Positions 16,977 to 20,000 of a stretch of DNA of 20,000 nt are shown here, piece by piece. The translations under genes and the position numbers were made by a program. The stretch comes from an uncultured virus (IMG/VR IMGVR_UViG_3300032373_000005) (lineage: Duplodnaviria > Heunggongvirae > Uroviricota > Caudoviricetes). Position 1 is the stretch's first letter. The number at the start of each line of letters is the position of its first letter. Where the stretch lies: IMG/VR virus record IMGVR_UViG_3300032373_000005. The stretch is one strand, 5' to 3'. Under the pieces are notes generated by a model. That model worked only from the letters and a program-made list of their open reading frames with translations, searched no databases and was not told where the DNA came from.

Positions 16977-17017
16977 ACGCAAGTTTGCGTTGACGCGGTT
17001 TAGATATGCGCATATCT
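16977..17017 (+). promoter_or_regulatory. Promoter/operator region: -35 TTGACG (16990-16995) flanked by two palindromes
   Basis: ACGCAA-gt-TTGCGT (16977-16990) and perfect 16-bp AGATATGCGCATATCT (17002-17017) in an AT-rich intergenic stretch; -10 only weak. Confidence 0.6.
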
Positions 17018-17065
17018 GTAGTGTGTCGGCGGGAGAGTCACCCACCCGCCCCGGAGAGACACACC

Positions 17066-17719
17066 ATGAGCGACCGCAACAACCGAAAGACTGTCCTCTT
17101 CAACGATGCTGAGATGGGCCTGGTTGCCGCGGCGGCAGCGGAGACCCACCCCACCCGCAGCGGTGGCACCAACGTCAACCGCGCCATCCGAGAGGCTGCC
17201 ATCGACAGCGCGGTCAAGGTGATGCACAACGCTGTGATGAGCGCCACCGACCTTGATGCGCTGCTCGGCGCGCTCCAGCAGTTCAAGCGTACCGTCGAGC
17301 CGGTGCTGGAGGACGGAGACTACCAGCACTACTACGAGGGATTCATTAGCGACCTCCCCACATTCGGCGGCGAACCGGTCAACGAATGGGAGATCTGGAG
17401 CTGGGACGACACCCGAATCCTCGTCGGTACGTGCATCGACGACATGACCATCGAGGATCGCGAGCTTCACCCCGCCCAGTACATCCTGATCCCGCAGTAC
17501 ACCGCGGACGGTCAGGAACTGGACCCGATCATGTACTCGCTGGACACCGCCGAGGAGACCACCGAGGCTGCCGAGGCGCTCACCGAGGCGGGGCTGGACT
17601 CCGCTCCGGTATGGGTTGGCGAGGGCGAGGACGCCATCAAGAACGGACTGGTGGTCCTCGCTGAGTGGCCTCGCGGACGGGATGCGCTGCTGGTGTTCGG
17701 GCCGGTGCTGTCCGAGTAG
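17066..17719 (+). CDS. Hypothetical protein with N-terminal ribbon-helix-helix-like segment and LPTFGG..WSWD..R.LVG motif (start reassigned to ATG 17066)
   Basis: SD GGAGAG 17052-17057; RKTVLFNDAEMGLVAAAA...VNRAIREAAI resembles RHH; acidic C-terminal domain. Confidence 0.7.
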   Translation: MSDRNNRKTVLFNDAEMGLVAAAAAETHPTRSGGTNVNRAIREAAIDSAVKVMHNAVMSATDLDALLGALQQFKRTVEPVLEDGDYQHYYEGFISDLPTFGGEPVNEWEIWSWDDTRILVGTCIDDMTIEDRELHPAQYILIPQYTADGQELDPIMYSLDTAEETTEAAEALTEAGLDSAPVWVGEGEDAIKNGLVVLAEWPRGRDALLVFGPVLSE

Positions 17720-17798
17720 CCCCGCGAACGGGTTACACTGCTGATGTTCAGGGCAGTTATAGCTTCACAGTGAGAACTGAGCTGACTTAAACGCTCCA

Positions 17799-17833
17799 GG
17801 GAGACTCCAGAGATGGGGTCTCTCTTCTGTTTT
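17799..17833 (+). terminator. Intrinsic terminator
   Basis: 11-bp stem GGGAGACTCCA / TGGGGTCTCTC (two G-U pairs), GAGA tetraloop, TTCTGTTTT tail. Confidence 0.8.
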
Positions 17834-17854
17834 GCGCCCTCATCACACCGCCGA

Positions 17855-18029
17855 CGTGTACACGGATCTGTACAGGCCGGCGGTCATGTCTCTGCCCTTC
17901 CTGGACTACCTGAGACCTGTACACTCCCCGGTCATGCCGCGATCATCGGTCGCCCGTTTATCTTTGCGAGACACGGACAAATACGATGAGGTCGACAAAA
18001 TAGAGGAGTGTACAGGGGAGGTGTACAGG
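17855..18029. other. attP-like region with integrase arm-type repeats
   Basis: Five TGTACA cores (17857, 17869, 17918, 18009, 18022); GTGTACAGG direct repeats at 18008 and 18021; CCTGTACACTCC (17916-17927) inverted to GGAGTGTACAGG (18005-18016); directly downstream of int. Confidence 0.65.
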
Positions 18030-18030
18030 T

Positions 18031-19191
18031 TCAGCCCTTCCGGCGACGCTGTCGCGCGTGCTCCAGGCTGACCACCCCCTGCGCCTCATCGAGCACGGCC
18101 GCAGCCTCGTCGAGCCGCTCGCCGCAGACCTCGGCGTAGATGCGCCGGCCGATCTCGTAGCTGTGCCCCATCCAGCTCTCGTAGGTGTGGACCCCGAACC
18201 GCTGGCCGTCGATGCGGTCGATCAGCGTCGACGACACCCGCCGCCGGCACCCGTAGCAGGTGAACGCTGGCACACCAGCACGCGGACACGCGCGGCGCAG
18301 CGCCTGTCGGATCGACTCCCCCGGTCGGGCGATGCCTCGCCACACCGTGCCGCGGTCGGGTCGATCCTGCTCGGCGTGCCAGCCGTCGAGGACAGCGCGC
18401 AGGCGGGCGGTCATCGGCACCCAGCGCGGGCCGGTCTTGCCATCGAGGAGCACCCGCCCCTCGTCGCGGTAGCTCTCCCAGCGCCACGCATCGACCTCCC
18501 CAGGACGCGCGCCCGTCTCGGTGAGCGCATCGAGGTACACCTGGTGCCAGCGCCGGGGCAGCGCCTCGCGCACGCTGGCGATCTCCTCGTAGGTGGGCGT
18601 GTAGCCGTTGTTGACGCGCTCGGGGCGCGGGAGGTGGACCTGCGGCAGATCCTGGGCGGGCACCCAGCCACGCGCCCGCCCGTGCAGCCACGCCTGGCGC
18701 AGCACCCGCAGCGAGTAGGCCACCGTCGACGGCGCGAGCCCGTCATCCTCCAGGGCGTTGACCCACCGCTGGAGCGTGGCCGTGTCGATCCGCAGGACGT
18801 GCACCGCCTCCAGCTCGCCCAGCCGCGGCCGCACGCTGCGATAGGAGGCGAGCGTGTGCGGCGCGATCCGCTCTCGCGCCTGCTGGCCCTGCTGGTGTCG
18901 CAGGTAGGCATCGAGGAGCGCGCCGATGGTGTTGCTGCTGACCGCCTCGGGCACCGGGGCGCGGTGGTGTGTCTGCCAGTCCCCGGAGGCCCACGCCGCC
19001 TCCAGCACCGCGCGCACCTCGGCGCGGCTGTAGCGCCCGCTCGGCGCGCCGCTGATCTTGTGCTGCTTGCCGCCTTGGCTGTAGTAGAGCTGCCAGTACC
19101 AGCGCGGATCGCTGGCGATGGGCGCCCTCCTCGGGGTAGCCTTGAGCGTGCCGCGCACCGTCAGGCGCTTCGGCTTCTTCGTCGTCGTCAT
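18031..19191 (-). CDS. int: Tyrosine recombinase / phage integrase
   Basis: ETGARPGEV (R), GKTG (K), YGCRRR (HxxR variant), WMGHS, RRIY (catalytic Y); core-binding segment LAPSTVAYSLRVLR; N-terminal beta-rich arm-binding-like region; SD GGAGG. Confidence 0.9.
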   Translation of the reverse strand: MTTTKKPKRLTVRGTLKATPRRAPIASDPRWYWQLYYSQGGKQHKISGAPSGRYSRAEVRAVLEAAWASGDWQTHHRAPVPEAVSSNTIGALLDAYLRHQQGQQARERIAPHTLASYRSVRPRLGELEAVHVLRIDTATLQRWVNALEDDGLAPSTVAYSLRVLRQAWLHGRARGWVPAQDLPQVHLPRPERVNNGYTPTYEEIASVREALPRRWHQVYLDALTETGARPGEVDAWRWESYRDEGRVLLDGKTGPRWVPMTARLRAVLDGWHAEQDRPDRGTVWRGIARPGESIRQALRRACPRAGVPAFTCYGCRRRVSSTLIDRIDGQRFGVHTYESWMGHSYEIGRRIYAEVCGERLDEAAAVLDEAQGVVSLEHARQRRRKG

Positions 19192-19202
19192 CGTTCGTGC
19201 CT

Positions 19203-19235
19203 CCGCCGCTCCAGTGGTTCAGACTGGAGCGGCGG
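19203..19235 (-). promoter_or_regulatory. Perfect 13-bp hairpin overlapping the integrase SD
   Basis: CCGCCGCTCCAGT-ggttcag-ACTGGAGCGGCGG; on the minus strand the GG of GGAGG (19204-19200) lies in the stem. Confidence 0.7.
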
Positions 19236-19247
19236 TTTCATTGTGGA

Positions 19248-19730
19248 TCACGGCACCCCCAGCAGCAGCTTTGCCAGGCGCCGCGCTTTGGCGTGAGGGG
19301 TTGCCGGCGGGAAGGTGGCGCTGAAGTACAGGGCGGCATCCTCGGCGGCAGCAAGGCCAGAGTCGCGGGCGCCTTCTTGGAAGAGGACAACCCATTCGTC
19401 GACTGTGAGGCCGCGGGTCCACGATGCGCGGCGCCAACTGGGAGCGATAACCTCGGCCCCCTTGACGTCGCAGTCCTCCTGCTCGGCAAGCTGCAACAGG
19501 AAGCGATCCACGTAAAGCCGGCCCCAGCGTGCTCCGCTCCGCCAACCGATGACGCCGAGTCGGTGAACCATCATCGCAGCCTCGGCGGGAGGTGAGCATC
19601 CAAGACTGCGCGCCAACTCCACCGCCTGCTCCCGAACGTCAGGCTTTGGGTTCTTCACCATCCGAGCCACCTCGGAGATCGCCACCTTCAACTCGCGGCC
19701 GGTCAGCCCGTGCTCTTGCTCCTCAGCCAT
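19248..19730 (-). CDS. Hypothetical protein with a short HEAT-like helical motif
   Basis: TGATG coupling with the xis-like gene; lies between xis and int. Confidence 0.55.
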   Translation of the reverse strand: MAEEQEHGLTGRELKVAISEVARMVKNPKPDVREQAVELARSLGCSPPAEAAMMVHRLGVIGWRSGARWGRLYVDRFLLQLAEQEDCDVKGAEVIAPSWRRASWTRGLTVDEWVVLFQEGARDSGLAAAEDAALYFSATFPPATPHAKARRLAKLLLGVP

Positions 19731-19999
19731 CACGCCGCCTCCTCGTCGAGAGGGATCGGCGTCAGTCCCCCGGTCTGCTCCTGCGCCTGGCGGGCCGGCC
19801 GGCCGGTCGAGCTGCCCAGAGCGTCCGCGCGCAGCGCCTCGCGCACGTCACCGACGCGAACTCGCCGCATCCTCGGGCCACCGATCCACAGCCGGTGACG
19901 GTCAGCGAATGACCGCGCTGCGGTGGTGCTGACCTGTAGGTGGGTCGCCAGGGCGGACAGGGTGAGGAGATCCTCGGGGCCGTAGATGAGTGCTGGCAT
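19730..19999 (-). CDS. Excisionase-like winged-HTH DNA-binding protein
   Basis: LLTLSALATHLQVSTTAARSF...RRVRVGDVREAL matches the MerR/Xis-type pattern; upstream of int; may start beyond the window edge. Confidence 0.65.
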   Translation of the reverse strand: MPALIYGPEDLLTLSALATHLQVSTTAARSFADRHRLWIGGPRMRRVRVGDVREALRADALGSSTGRPARQAQEQTGGLTPIPLDEEAA

Positions 20000-20000
20000 C

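Larger units (their letters stand above)
1..20000. mobile_element. Temperate tailed phage (Caudoviricetes) genome segment
   Basis: Terminase, endolysin, integrase/xis, att-like site and polyvalent virion protein; no host housekeeping genes. Confidence 0.9.

Noticed and set aside
17720..18030. tRNA gene or tRNA fragment at the att-like site
   Set aside because: No T-arm GTTCGA motif, cloverleaf or CCA end recognisable
18058..19296. 412-aa plus-strand ORF over the integrase
   Set aside because: Antisense shadow; the catalytic motifs are on the minus strand
1..20000. Diversity-generating retroelement or retron
   Set aside because: No reverse transcriptase motifs and no TR/VR-like adenine-mismatched repeat pair noticed

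Overview
High-GC segment of a temperate tailed phage with no host genes visible. It opens with a giant (>=2882 aa) 'polyvalent' virion/ejection-type protein containing, in order: two GNAT acetyltransferases, an ADP-ribosyltransferase-like domain, a DNMT3-like C5 DNA methyltransferase, an unknown atypical-codon insert, a second ART-like domain, a HExxH metallopeptidase and a helical C-terminal ejection-protein-like region. Next come an oppositely oriented terS-terL pair, a + strand operon (Zn-ribbon protein, three beta-rich structural-like proteins, an Amidase_3 endolysin, membrane and unknown proteins, a frameshifted XRE regulator), a stand-alone RHH-like gene with palindromic operators and a terminator, an attP-like region, and a minus-strand xis-ORF-integrase module. 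Three signals remain unexplained. (1) A perfect 25-bp inverted repeat contains the start codons of both divergent late operons and encloses a 69-bp segment with a one-directional -10 box, a candidate invertible promoter switch. (2) A CTCCTCCTCC motif is dispersed on both strands and in different reading frames (13 exact copies) and often sits at domain or gene junctions. (3) Repeated linkers suggest cassette-wise assembly of the giant protein. All family calls come from motif recognition by eye; no searches were run.
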